Shown here one piece after another: positions 48,835 through 57,965 of a DNA stretch of 64,000 nt. Every line of letters starts with the position of its first letter. Within the stretch, counting starts at the first letter, position 1. Location: positions 1,856,001-1,920,000 of the forward strand of contig CAXXLX010000001.1 of assembly GCA_963665235.2 (NCBI GenBank), read 5' to 3'. This DNA comes from Candidatus Poribacteria bacterium (GTDB taxonomy: Bacteria > Poribacteria > WGA-4E > WGA-3G). The translations under genes and the position numbers were made by a program. The notes under the pieces were generated by a model. It was not told the origin of the DNA. It did no database searches and worked only from the letters and a program-made list of their open reading frames with translations.

Positions 48835-48917
48835 TTTCAATTTTGCGGGGTTGTCAGAATCACGGATTATCACAGATTACACAGATTTCGCGGATTATTG
48901 AGTTTGGTATCCGAACG

Positions 48918-49322
48918 TTATTTGCCGAATGCCAGGGCGAAAAGTACCTCTATCAGGTAAAAAACAGTAAGCGTGATAGAAAAAATGGCCGATAACCAAT
49001 TACATTTCGGTTTACCTTTGTGCTTGCTGAGATTCATTTCGAAATCGGTGTCAGTTTGTTGGCGGATTTCGTTGTAGACCTGTCGGAACAGTCGTTCCTG
49101 CCAGAGAAAGTACCCGTCCAGAATCCAAAATCCCGCGATGGTAAGTAAAACTCCCAAAACAAAATATGCGCCTTGCCCGGAGTTCTCTATAGCGCTTAAA
49201 ACCCTGGCTGCAACAAGGAGCGTCACGCTCCAACTTTTTACAAGAAGACTGTTCCGGCCTAAACGGTTAATAACGACTTGCGTCATTTCCAAATGCTTTA
49301 CGACTTTTTCAGTGCCGTCCAT
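48918..49322 (-). CDS. Small 3-TM protein, second copy
   Basis: KHLEMTQ.VINRLGRNS..K.WS and FWILDGYFLWQERLFR. AAGGAGG RBS; own promoter TTGACA-N17-TACAAT at 49400-49372. Confidence 0.8.
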   Translation of the reverse strand: MDGTEKVVKHLEMTQVVINRLGRNSLLVKSWSVTLLVAARVLSAIENSGQGAYFVLGVLLTIAGFWILDGYFLWQERLFRQVYNEIRQQTDTDFEMNLSKHKGKPKCNWLSAIFSITLTVFYLIEVLFALAFGK

Positions 49323-49705
49323 GAATCTATCCTCCTTTACCAGATTTGCAGGCTGATTGTGCGTTTGTTAAATTGTAATGCTTATAAGTGAATTTGTCAA
49401 TACATTTCTAAGGGAAATGCACGGTTTTAGGGGTGAATTTCTAATTGGCAGGGTTAGGGGTTGGCGTTTTCTTATTGTCTGAATCGCGGATTATCGCGGA
49501 TGACGCGGATTGCCTGTCTTGTCTGAATCGCGGATTATCGCGGATTACACGGATTTCGCGGATTATTGCCTCTGATGTCGGCAAGTTGTGTTATCTAAGA
49601 TTCCTAAAATGTTACCTATACACCGGATGCAGCTTTCTCAATGCGATCCGCCTAAAATCTGTGTCATCCGATAAATCCGCGATGAGGTTATTTGAATAAG
49701 TGTTC

Positions 49706-50755
49706 TTAAACGTTCAAAGAAAAACGAAGTCTTTCGTCCGCAGCAACCAATTTCTCCATTAAATACGTAATATCTACCCATTTTAGTTGTTTGGGGATCG
49801 TTCTTTCCTGGCTTATTATCCAACTAAGGATTAGACTGAGGTCAAATGCGTTTCTAGCTGGTGCGAATTTTTCTAGTACTTTTTCTTTCTGTACATAATT
49901 TCGTGGCTCGCTCGGATATGATGTAAGTTCGGAGGGTGGTGGAATCTTATTGGTACCATCAGTTTCTTGTGCTTCATCTGTTTTAACTTGAATATCATAT
50001 CCTTCCGTAGCGATATGGTATGCCCTTGCTGCCCTTTCGTAGTCCCATTTGTTTTTAACATCATTATCAATCCAATGTGCTAATGTTTGCAGGTTTACCT
50101 CAGCTCTTTTCCAACGCTTGTAAAATTCGCGCTCACCTGAAAGTTTTGTAAGATGATTTTTTAAGAATGAATAGATTTCATCTGCAATTATATCTGAGTC
50201 TAACTCCTTTTCGCTTTTGCGTTTTATCTTTTTGAACTTTACTTCCTGTGAAGATAACATCCCGTAAGGTATTCGGGTTCCGTATGTAGGTTCATACCAG
50301 CTTAGGCGGATATCTAAGGCTGTTCCCGGTTTTACTGCATTTAATCCGCTAATTTCAAGGAGAAGCGGAAAGTGTTCTGCTTTATCCAGTTCAGAGGGTT
50401 CTAATGTAAAACTGACCCACATACGTTCACCGTATTCTGTAATACGCAAAGTGGCTTCGGGAGACCGTTTATCAGACGCGACTAACTTCACTGCATGCAC
50501 TAATGCCTTGAATACGTCTCGGTGTTGGATAAGTCGGTATTGTTTTGAAGCGGTGCATACCGGTATGTCCTGACGATCTTTAATAAATTCAGCATCGATG
50601 CTGAGAGATTCACGTATTATGTTGTCAAGGTATTTATTGGTGCCGCCATTATGTAGACTAAATGGAACTCTTTTGAAGTGTGGAATCCAATTTATTAATT
50701 CGTTAACCGGTTTTTTGTGTACAAATGCTTCTCTACCTTCCCATTTTAGTGTCAT
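49706..50755 (-). CDS. Hypothetical protein, weakly DUF932-like
   Basis: SKQYRLIQHRDVF and TEYGERM. GGAGG RBS before ATG 50755. Confidence 0.55.
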   Translation of the reverse strand: MTLKWEGREAFVHKKPVNELINWIPHFKRVPFSLHNGGTNKYLDNIIRESLSIDAEFIKDRQDIPVCTASKQYRLIQHRDVFKALVHAVKLVASDKRSPEATLRITEYGERMWVSFTLEPSELDKAEHFPLLLEISGLNAVKPGTALDIRLSWYEPTYGTRIPYGMLSSQEVKFKKIKRKSEKELDSDIIADEIYSFLKNHLTKLSGEREFYKRWKRAEVNLQTLAHWIDNDVKNKWDYERAARAYHIATEGYDIQVKTDEAQETDGTNKIPPPSELTSYPSEPRNYVQKEKVLEKFAPARNAFDLSLILSWIISQERTIPKQLKWVDITYLMEKLVAADERLRFSLNV

Positions 50756-51095
50756 ATTACACCTCCATATCAGTGTTTTCCACAATCGTAATCTGCTTTC
50801 TGCCGTGCTGCCATTTCTATCGCAGCATCAGATTTTGCTGGCACGGGTTCCGGTTCGGGTTCAGAAAACGCAGTCTCAACATCTTCCTCAAGATAACCCT
50901 CAACGCTTTCAGGTTAGGACTGCACTTCTTCAACAGGTTCAAGTTATGTTCCCTTAGTATATCATACAATTAAACGATTTTCAAGGAAAAAGAATTCGCA
51001 CTGGTTTGTATGTTGGCGGTGCGTTATTGTCTGAATCGCGGATTAGCACGGATTACACAGATTACGCGGATTGAAAGAGGATTCGCGATCTGTAG

Positions 51096-51581
51096 CTATC
51101 TGCCTGCTTGTTTGGCGGCTTTCTCTATCCAGTTTCCAAGGTTGGCATAACCGTTATCAGTAACCCAGTCGTAGTACGAACAACAAGGGTAAACAGGGTT
51201 AGTGGTAGGTCTAAAGTTAAAGGGGGATTGACTAAAAGGACATGCTCCTTTAGGCGATGTCCAACCGTACCTGTTTTTAACATTATTGATGTGCACCCCA
51301 AGCAAACCATTGCCCTTTTCAATACTTTTCTCGATTTCGTACTTGACCCATCTGCTATTAGCAGTTTGACTGCCAATCAGAACACACGTCACAGACGTAC
51401 CGTCCATCTGCTTATCTATCCATCGCTTGATGGCAAGATCAGTATTTCTTTTTAGTGTTTCGATTTCGGCACTATCAACAAAACCTGCTGCTGTGTAACT
51501 GCCTTTCGCAACCCAACTGTATCGGACTTGATTGACGCGCCAAACATCATCCCAATCAAAACTGAAAAATACATGTCTCAT
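51096..51581 (-). CDS. ThsB-like TIR-domain protein (MTH538/DUF1863 type)
   Basis: RHVFFSF, RVNQVR, TSVTCVLIG.QT..SRWVKYEI (catalytic Glu) and YDWV.DNGY.N. GGAG RBS. Confidence 0.9.
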   Translation of the reverse strand: MRHVFFSFDWDDVWRVNQVRYSWVAKGSYTAAGFVDSAEIETLKRNTDLAIKRWIDKQMDGTSVTCVLIGSQTANSRWVKYEIEKSIEKGNGLLGVHINNVKNRYGWTSPKGACPFSQSPFNFRPTTNPVYPCCSYYDWVTDNGYANLGNWIEKAAKQAGR

Positions 51582-51597
51582 AGCAACTCCACATAAA

Positions 51598-52005
51598 CTA
51601 AAAAAAATAGACAATTGCACAGACAAAAAAGACTTCGATGAGATAAAAAATGACAAGTGTTTGGGAAAAAATAGCGGAGCCCCGGTTACACTTCGGTTTA
51701 TCTTTGTGTTTACCAACATTCATCTTGAAGTCGGTGTCAGTTTGTTGGCGGATTTCGTTGTAGACCTGTCGGAACAGTCGTTCCTGCCAGAGAAAGTACC
51801 CATCCAGAATCCAAAACCCCAGGATGGGGATCAAAAGCACCAGAGCAATATATGGATTTTGCAGCTCCTGTTTGGCGATTAAGACCATTGCTGCAACAAG
51901 AACCGTCATGCTCCAACTTTTTAAGAGAAAACTGTTGCGCCCTAAACGGTTAATAACAGCTTGCGTCATTTCCAAGTGTTTTACAACTTTTTCGGTGCCA
52001 TTCAT
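51598..52005 (-). CDS. Small 3-TM protein (candidate effector between two TIR genes)
   Basis: Three hydrophobic segments and AAGGAG RBS. Near-identical blocks to 48918-49322. Confidence 0.8.
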   Translation of the reverse strand: MNGTEKVVKHLEMTQAVINRLGRNSFLLKSWSMTVLVAAMVLIAKQELQNPYIALVLLIPILGFWILDGYFLWQERLFRQVYNEIRQQTDTDFKMNVGKHKDKPKCNRGSAIFSQTLVIFYLIEVFFVCAIVYFF

Positions 52006-52061
52006 GAATCCATTCTCCTTATGTTTGTGGCCGCTTAATAGTCGCCATTTAAACGACCTAT

Positions 52062-52637
52062 TTACCGCAATCCATGTTCTTTTTGTAGTTCGTACGCTTT
52101 TCCTAAAAGCCAACTACCGGAGCGCCCTCTCTTAATCCTATCGAAAATTTCCGAGATAGTCTCAGCCCAATTTTTTACATCATCAAGACTTCCGAGTGGT
52201 GTTCCTAAAGAGATGAACTCAGGATGGTTACCTGATGTGACTAAATGTGCGATAAGAGGATTAGGAGCTAGATCTGGAAAAGGGCCAGGCGAATTTTGGA
52301 ATGGCTTAACGAATCTCTGGCGTCCTCGGGCTCCGCCAATCTCATATGGGGGCCACGGCGATGTGAAAGTTTGTGGACTAATTACACCTAAAAGTGCCGA
52401 TGCCACATCTAACCCTTCTTCAACGCAACGTGCAATTTCATGATGGGGACTATCCTCTGGCAAGCGCGCATCTTTTTTGTCAAACCAGATGTCAAGTTCG
52501 TATGTGTTCTGGACTATATCTGCACATTCTTCAGCCCATTCCGCGTCTGGTGATTTATTCCTATAAGAGATAAACACGATCTTTGTTGTTGAAGATATTG
52601 TAGATCTCCTAAATTCACAGTAGTTTATTCCCGGCAT
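52062..52637 (-). CDS. TIR-domain protein
   Basis: VFISYR, DIWFD and LLGVIS.QT..SPWPPYEIG (catalytic Glu). GGAGG RBS. Confidence 0.85.
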   Translation of the reverse strand: MPGINYCEFRRSTISSTTKIVFISYRNKSPDAEWAEECADIVQNTYELDIWFDKKDARLPEDSPHHEIARCVEEGLDVASALLGVISPQTFTSPWPPYEIGGARGRQRFVKPFQNSPGPFPDLAPNPLIAHLVTSGNHPEFISLGTPLGSLDDVKNWAETISEIFDRIKRGRSGSWLLGKAYELQKEHGLR

Positions 52638-53062
52638 TTTAACTTGCCTCCATTTAGAACATTTTGATTGATAACAGCACTGCGGGAATGTAGAGACACC
52701 TCCCTGAACATTTCCGCCCTGCTGCCAATTGATTTTAAATTTACCATATCTAATAAAAAAAAAGCAAGAAAAAACTAAACTTATTTTTTACCTGATTTAC
52801 CAGAAGGCACGTTCTTCAGGATAACCAATTTCTGTCCAATAGAGCGAAACTCTGATGGCCCAACGGATATGTGAGAGTGTCCAGTCCATCAAAAACGACA
52901 ATCGGTTCTAAATCGATAAATTTCACAGATCTGCTTGTCCTAAAAACCCGAGTACTCCATATAATCCGCGACTCAGACACTCCCCTCCACAATCGCAATC
53001 TCATCTTCTGTTAAATTATACAATTGATATACCCGTTTGTCAATCTCTTCTTCCTGCATAGC

Positions 53063-54385
53063 CAGGGCCATTTAGTTTTAGGAATTTTTTTCCTATCTGT
53101 TATTATTTTGATTTGGACAGATGCAGCGTGACTTTTTTCGCTGCATCTGCTATACTTCACTGTAAATAAAATAATCCTTTTTTTTAGGAAGGTTGAAGTA
53201 TGTTACTCAGTATATTATCACAAATTGTAGATCCACGCAAGGCAAAAGGCAAACGGCATCCTTTGGTTTCCATCCTTGCTCTTATTATTATCGGTTTTCT
53301 GTGCGGTCATACAGGTTATACGTCTATAGCGACCTGGGCCCGCAATGAACCTGAACTGGCTGAAGCGTTAGGTTTCCGTTGTGGGAAGACCCCGTGTCCT
53401 GCCACGATTCATAATCTGTTTAAGCATCTTGATATAGAAAGTTTAGAAACCGCCCTAACCGAATGGGTGTCTTTACAACTTGCGGCTCTTGAAGGGACAG
53501 ACCCCTCGGGTTTGAAAGGCATTGCTATAGATGGTAAAGAACTCTGCGGTTCCATAGACATAGACACCGGCCGCCGAACCCATTTACTCTCCGCTGTCTG
53601 TCATGAGTTAGGGGTTACCCTTGCACAATGTGCCGTCAGTCACAAGACCAATGAGATACCTATTTCCCGGCAACTGCTGGAAAAGTTTGATGTCAAAGGA
53701 AAAGTGGTGACAACGGATGCTCTATTGACCCAACGTGCTTTTTGTAAAGAACTTATCAAACAGAAAGCCTATTATGTGCTGCGTGTCAAAAAGAATCAGA
53801 AACAGATGTATATCGATATTGTGTGGGTCTTTGCCCCCCTTGTAGAGACGGACCCCCCCGAGGTGCAAGCACGCAGACTTCAAAACGCACACACGCAAGC
53901 AGGGGCACACCTACAAACGCACACCGATGTTGAAGAAACACGCGGATTTATCATCACACGCATCCTAACAGCTAGCACAAGCGTGTCAGATTATATTGAC
54001 TGGCCGGGTCTTGCACAAGTCTATCAATACAAAGTGCAGCGCGTCAATACCAAAACAGGTGAATGTGAAACTTCTATCCAGTATGGTATCACTAACTTGT
54101 CGCCCGAAGAGGCAACAGCGGAAGACTTGCTAAAACTACACCGAGAACATTGGACGATAGAAAACAAATCCCACTGGGTTCGAGACGTGGTTTTAGGAGA
54201 GGATGCCTCAAAAGCAAGAACAGGCAGCATCCCCCAAGTCATGGCAGCTTTACGCAACACCGCACTGGCAGTCTTACGATTTGCCGGTTATACGAAAATC
54301 ACCGAGACAATACGATCTTTCGCCTCAAAACCTAAACTCGCAGTTAACCTCATCACATGAAAATTCTTAAAACTAAATGGCCCTG
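53063..54385 (+). mobile_element. Complete ISAs1-family insertion sequence (1323 bp)
   Basis: Inverted repeats CAGGGCCATTTAGTTTTAGGAATTT / AAATTCTTAAAACTAAATGGCCCTG. 10-bp direct repeat CCTGCATAGC at 53053-53062 and 54386-54395. Confidence 0.97.
53200..54360 (+). CDS. ISAs1-family transposase
   Basis: DPR...KRH, IAIDGK, KTNEI, VTTDALLTQ, VKKNQ and HWTIEN.SHWVRDV..GED. Confidence 0.97.
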   Translation: MLLSILSQIVDPRKAKGKRHPLVSILALIIIGFLCGHTGYTSIATWARNEPELAEALGFRCGKTPCPATIHNLFKHLDIESLETALTEWVSLQLAALEGTDPSGLKGIAIDGKELCGSIDIDTGRRTHLLSAVCHELGVTLAQCAVSHKTNEIPISRQLLEKFDVKGKVVTTDALLTQRAFCKELIKQKAYYVLRVKKNQKQMYIDIVWVFAPLVETDPPEVQARRLQNAHTQAGAHLQTHTDVEETRGFIITRILTASTSVSDYIDWPGLAQVYQYKVQRVNTKTGECETSIQYGITNLSPEEATAEDLLKLHREHWTIENKSHWVRDVVLGEDASKARTGSIPQVMAALRNTALAVLRFAGYTKITETIRSFASKPKLAVNLIT

Positions 54386-55653
54386 CCTGCATAGCGGTGT
54401 CCGCATTTGGATTCCCCGCTTTCGCTTCAAGAATTTCATCTACTAAATCAATAATAGGGGTTTGTTCCTTTTTTGCCGGCATAGCTATGGGTAATTCGCG
54501 AACAACCTTAACCTTCACTTGTGCTTGGCTCTTGCCCTGTTCTTGTGATATCGAATGATAGATATAGTTCATCAAACGACTATTAAATAACGCCAGAAAA
54601 TACTTTAGGTCCGTTTTTTGAGATTTGGGGAGAATCGTATGCAGCGTGTTATCTGTGTAAAAACGTCCCAATTCGGCTTCGCTATGATAGGCCACTATTA
54701 AATCATCGTCAGTTTGACGCATAAGCAAACGTTCGGGTTGATGATGGTTCCTAATATCACCGCGAAATTTCCAGTATTCGTTTCGTTTACTCGGTTTTCC
54801 CCCTCGACCAATTCCGGGAATTGGTAGCGGCTCGTAGTTGACATCACAGAACATGTATTTGGCTTTTGAGGAAGTCCACTGCACCGAGTATTTTTGAATT
54901 TGCCTTCCTTGTAAGAGGCGATGTCTGCACCCGTTGTCTTCCGAAAAGAAAATTTTAGATCTGACATTTCCTGAATCAATTCCAGTGTCCAAGACCTCAC
55001 AGTATTTTCCCACCTTATCAAGTGCCAAAAGTCTTAACACCCAATCGTTTTTTGCACTTAACAGGAATTTAGAGTCTGGTATTTTGTTGATCGCTGCGTA
55101 TTCTACTGCACCGTTTGAGTGGTATTGAAAATCGGGAAAGTTCATTTCTCCGCTCATGTAGGAATGCTGATCTTCTACCTCCGATTTCAACAAAATAAAA
55201 ATAGCCGTATAGATAGTGGCTTCAAATGTGTTCGCTGGTGCCTTGACTAAATGAAGTAACCTATTTTCCAAAAACAGGTTACGAATCCTACGTTTTGTGG
55301 GCAGCGCGACGTAACTGTCATTAGCAATATATGCAAAAATCCTATTCTCGGCAGTAAGCTTAAACCCAGCAAAGATAAAGTAGTCGTATAAATCACCTGC
55401 CCAGCCGTAACTCTCTCTGAGCTGGTTACGCATTGTGAGAGATAGGTGTTCACCTTTTGCATAAGGCGGATTGCCAATCACTACATCAAATCCATTTGCA
55501 ATGCCAAACATCCGTTCCGAGTCAAACCAATCAGCAGTATCGTTTTGGTCATAAATATCCCATTTGGCGATCTTTTCGGCATCATCTGCTGGCATACCGA
55601 CATATTTTAGCTCGGTTGCCAATTTTGTTCGCAATCTTTTATCCTTAGTCTTA

Positions 55654-55801
55654 TACCATTTTTATTAATTATTCTATCATTACCGGTTGTTAGAAATGAA
55701 ACGGAGAACGGAAGACCCAAACTAAAAGTTTATGCTACAATAAAGAGCACAAACTGGAAGTTTATGCTACAATAAAGAGACATTTTCAATTAGAAATGGT
55801 A
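55654..55801. mobile_element. 148-bp MITE with TTA target duplication, carrying two REP-like units
   Basis: Ends TACCATTTTTATT / AATTAGAAATGGTA. TTA at 55651-55653 and 55802-55804. Excision restores R-A-C-K-T-K-D-K-R-L-R in frame. Confidence 0.85.
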
Positions 55802-57965
55802 TTACATGCACGTTTGCGTTTGCGGGTAGTGGCGTGGAAGTGCTGTTCACGGTTGTTAAGCAGTTCACGTTCCAAACGTTGTGCCTTTTCGCTTGTTAGT
55901 GTCGGGTTCAGATCTATCAGCGTGTTGGCAGCGATAAACCGCGTCTCTAAATTCGGCAACGGTTTAATACCAAAATTCTCTGCGTTCTGCATCGGTTCCT
56001 GCTCAATTGCAAGCGAGATAAAAAAGCGGAGTTTAGCGATTTGACACGCAATCGGTTGGATATCCACCCCGAAGATAGTGTTTTGGATTAGGTATAACTT
56101 CCGTCCGAAGTCTGAATCTCGGTAACGCTCAAAGGTAGCACTGATTTCGGTAAGTTCGACATCGCGTTCCTGTTGGTCGGACGTATCAAAAGCCTCGGAT
56201 GCGCGTTGTGTCGCAAGTTCCTTCTGCAATTTTTCCCATCGGGTGTTATCTGGGTCAAGCCGCCGGAGTGCCAGTGTCAGTTTGTGGAGCATTCCCATTG
56301 GGAACGCACCGGAACCGACCGCCGGATCGAGGACTTTAAGTTCGGAAATTGCTCGGACGATTGCGTCTGTCTCGACATCGTCAAACCATTCGCTTGCATC
56401 GTCAAACTGCTGTGCATAGTCGAGGAGATAGTGTAACCGCTCCTTCCAGAGTTCTGCGTCGCCGTCGGTTGGGGCACACTTTTGGGAGAGCGTCGCGACC
56501 AATGCTGTCCTCTACCATATAGTCGACGATAGCACGTGGGGTGTAGTAGGAGCCTGTCTGTTTTCGTGCCGTTGCCCCGGTTTCTGGATTGTAGGCGGCG
56601 AGTAGGTTTTCAAACACCTTGCCGAGCAGCTCGGGGTCCAGTGCCACCTCCTGCTCTATCGGTGTGTTCTCCTCAACGGTGAATTTGTAATGCTCAAGTA
56701 GGGGGAGGAGTCCTCGGTTTTTGTCAAAAAAGAGGCGGTTGGGGATAGATAGTTTGTGGTACTGATTATCAGAGAAACAGTCTATTCTGTAGCTCTTTTC
56801 ACCTGTTGCTTTGAAGGTATCCAGACAATCGAACAGTCCGCCGTTGATGAAGGGGGTTTGTGCAAAGAGGGATAGCAGTTTATCCGGGTCGCGCATCTGT
56901 GCTTTATATCGGTAGCAGGAGAAATCGCGGTTCGTATCGTAGGTTTCTTTGCTAAACCTACGTTTGTCTATTTCGGTGTTGAGTGTAGCGAAAAAGAGGT
57001 TTTGTAGCACGGCGCGATAGTAGGAGTCGCCGGTATCAAAATTATCCTCTTTGAGTAGGTCTTGGATTTGTGTTTTGTTGAACAACTCCTCAGCCACCAA
57101 CCCTGTTGCTTGATAAACCAGATAAAGAGCAGTCGTGTGATGAGGCGGATGACATGCTCCTCCGGTTTCTATGACACGGTTTTCATCTGTCGGGAACGTC
57201 GATTCTTTAACTGCCCATTCAAACCATGCGAACAGTTTTCGATAGAACTGTTTGTTGAGTTCTTCGGTGTCCAGTTTGGCGAGCCAGGCAGCGAGTAATC
57301 CGTCGAAGTTTTTCGGTTTTTTGTTGCTAACCATCCACTCTGCACACGTTTGTAGAGAAAGTTCGGAGAGGATATCGCGATGTGCGCGATGTGGGTTGTT
57401 GAGGCGGATGTCTTTGATGAGGGTGACCTGTCCGAGCACATCGCGGTCGCCATCAATTTTGTCTGGACGACGGTCGGCAAAGGCAACCGTCAAACGAGCC
57501 CCCGCGCGAAACAGGATCACAGTGGGTGTGAACATACGTTTGTTAATTTCTCGTGTGAACGTAGCGTATTTAGTCCGGGAGTAGGTGTTATCTTTCAATT
57601 CCACTGCACAGAAAAGGAAACTTTCTATGTTTCCCTTATCAAACGACCCTGCCTCAAGAAGCGTCAACTGCTGCTCCCTGGCGACTTCGTCGCTTGTGAA
57701 TTGGAACACTATTTGGACAGATTCGACGTTGTTGCGGAATTCCTGTTCGGTCTTAGTGTTGACGTTCTCTGCTGGAAAATCTTCAATAAATTCATCTACT
57801 GAGTCGATGCGTTCATGTGTGCGTTCACTGCGGTACCCCAAGGTTGCCAGGAGGTTTTTTGATTTTTCAAGAAAATCGCCGGTGGACATTGCTGATAGTG
57901 AGGCGTTAATTGCATTTCTGCTCGTCATGTGCGTAATCTCTGCTATTCTGTTGAGAAAATCAAGG

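Larger units (their letters stand above)
46865..52980. repeat. Dispersed repeat family TTGTCWGAATCRCGGATT-(9-mer)n between island genes
   Basis: Plus-strand copies at ~46904, 47187, 48851, 49475, 49519 and 51027. Inverted copies at ~47090-47122, 49645-49683 and 52961-52979. Confidence 0.9.
52973..57928 (-). pseudogene. Type IIG / Eco57I-like restriction-modification gene, disrupted by ISAs1, a MITE and frameshifts
   Basis: Fragments carry PFINGGLF, GKVFENLL, GSYYTP, DPAVGSGAF, FDVVIGNPPY, a TaqI-C-like TRD, and the tail EEEIDKRVYQLYNLTEDEIAIVEG* (53062-52973). Confidence 0.9.

Noticed and set aside
46865-52980. CRISPR array interpretation of the recurring CGGATT repeats
   Set aside because: The copies are degenerate, occur in both orientations and are separated by whole genes rather than 30-40-bp spacers. 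No cas genes are present.
54288-54385. Genuine C-terminus of the R-M fragment overlapping the transposase
   Set aside because: It is read-through into the ISAs1 right end. The true tail lies at 53062-52973.
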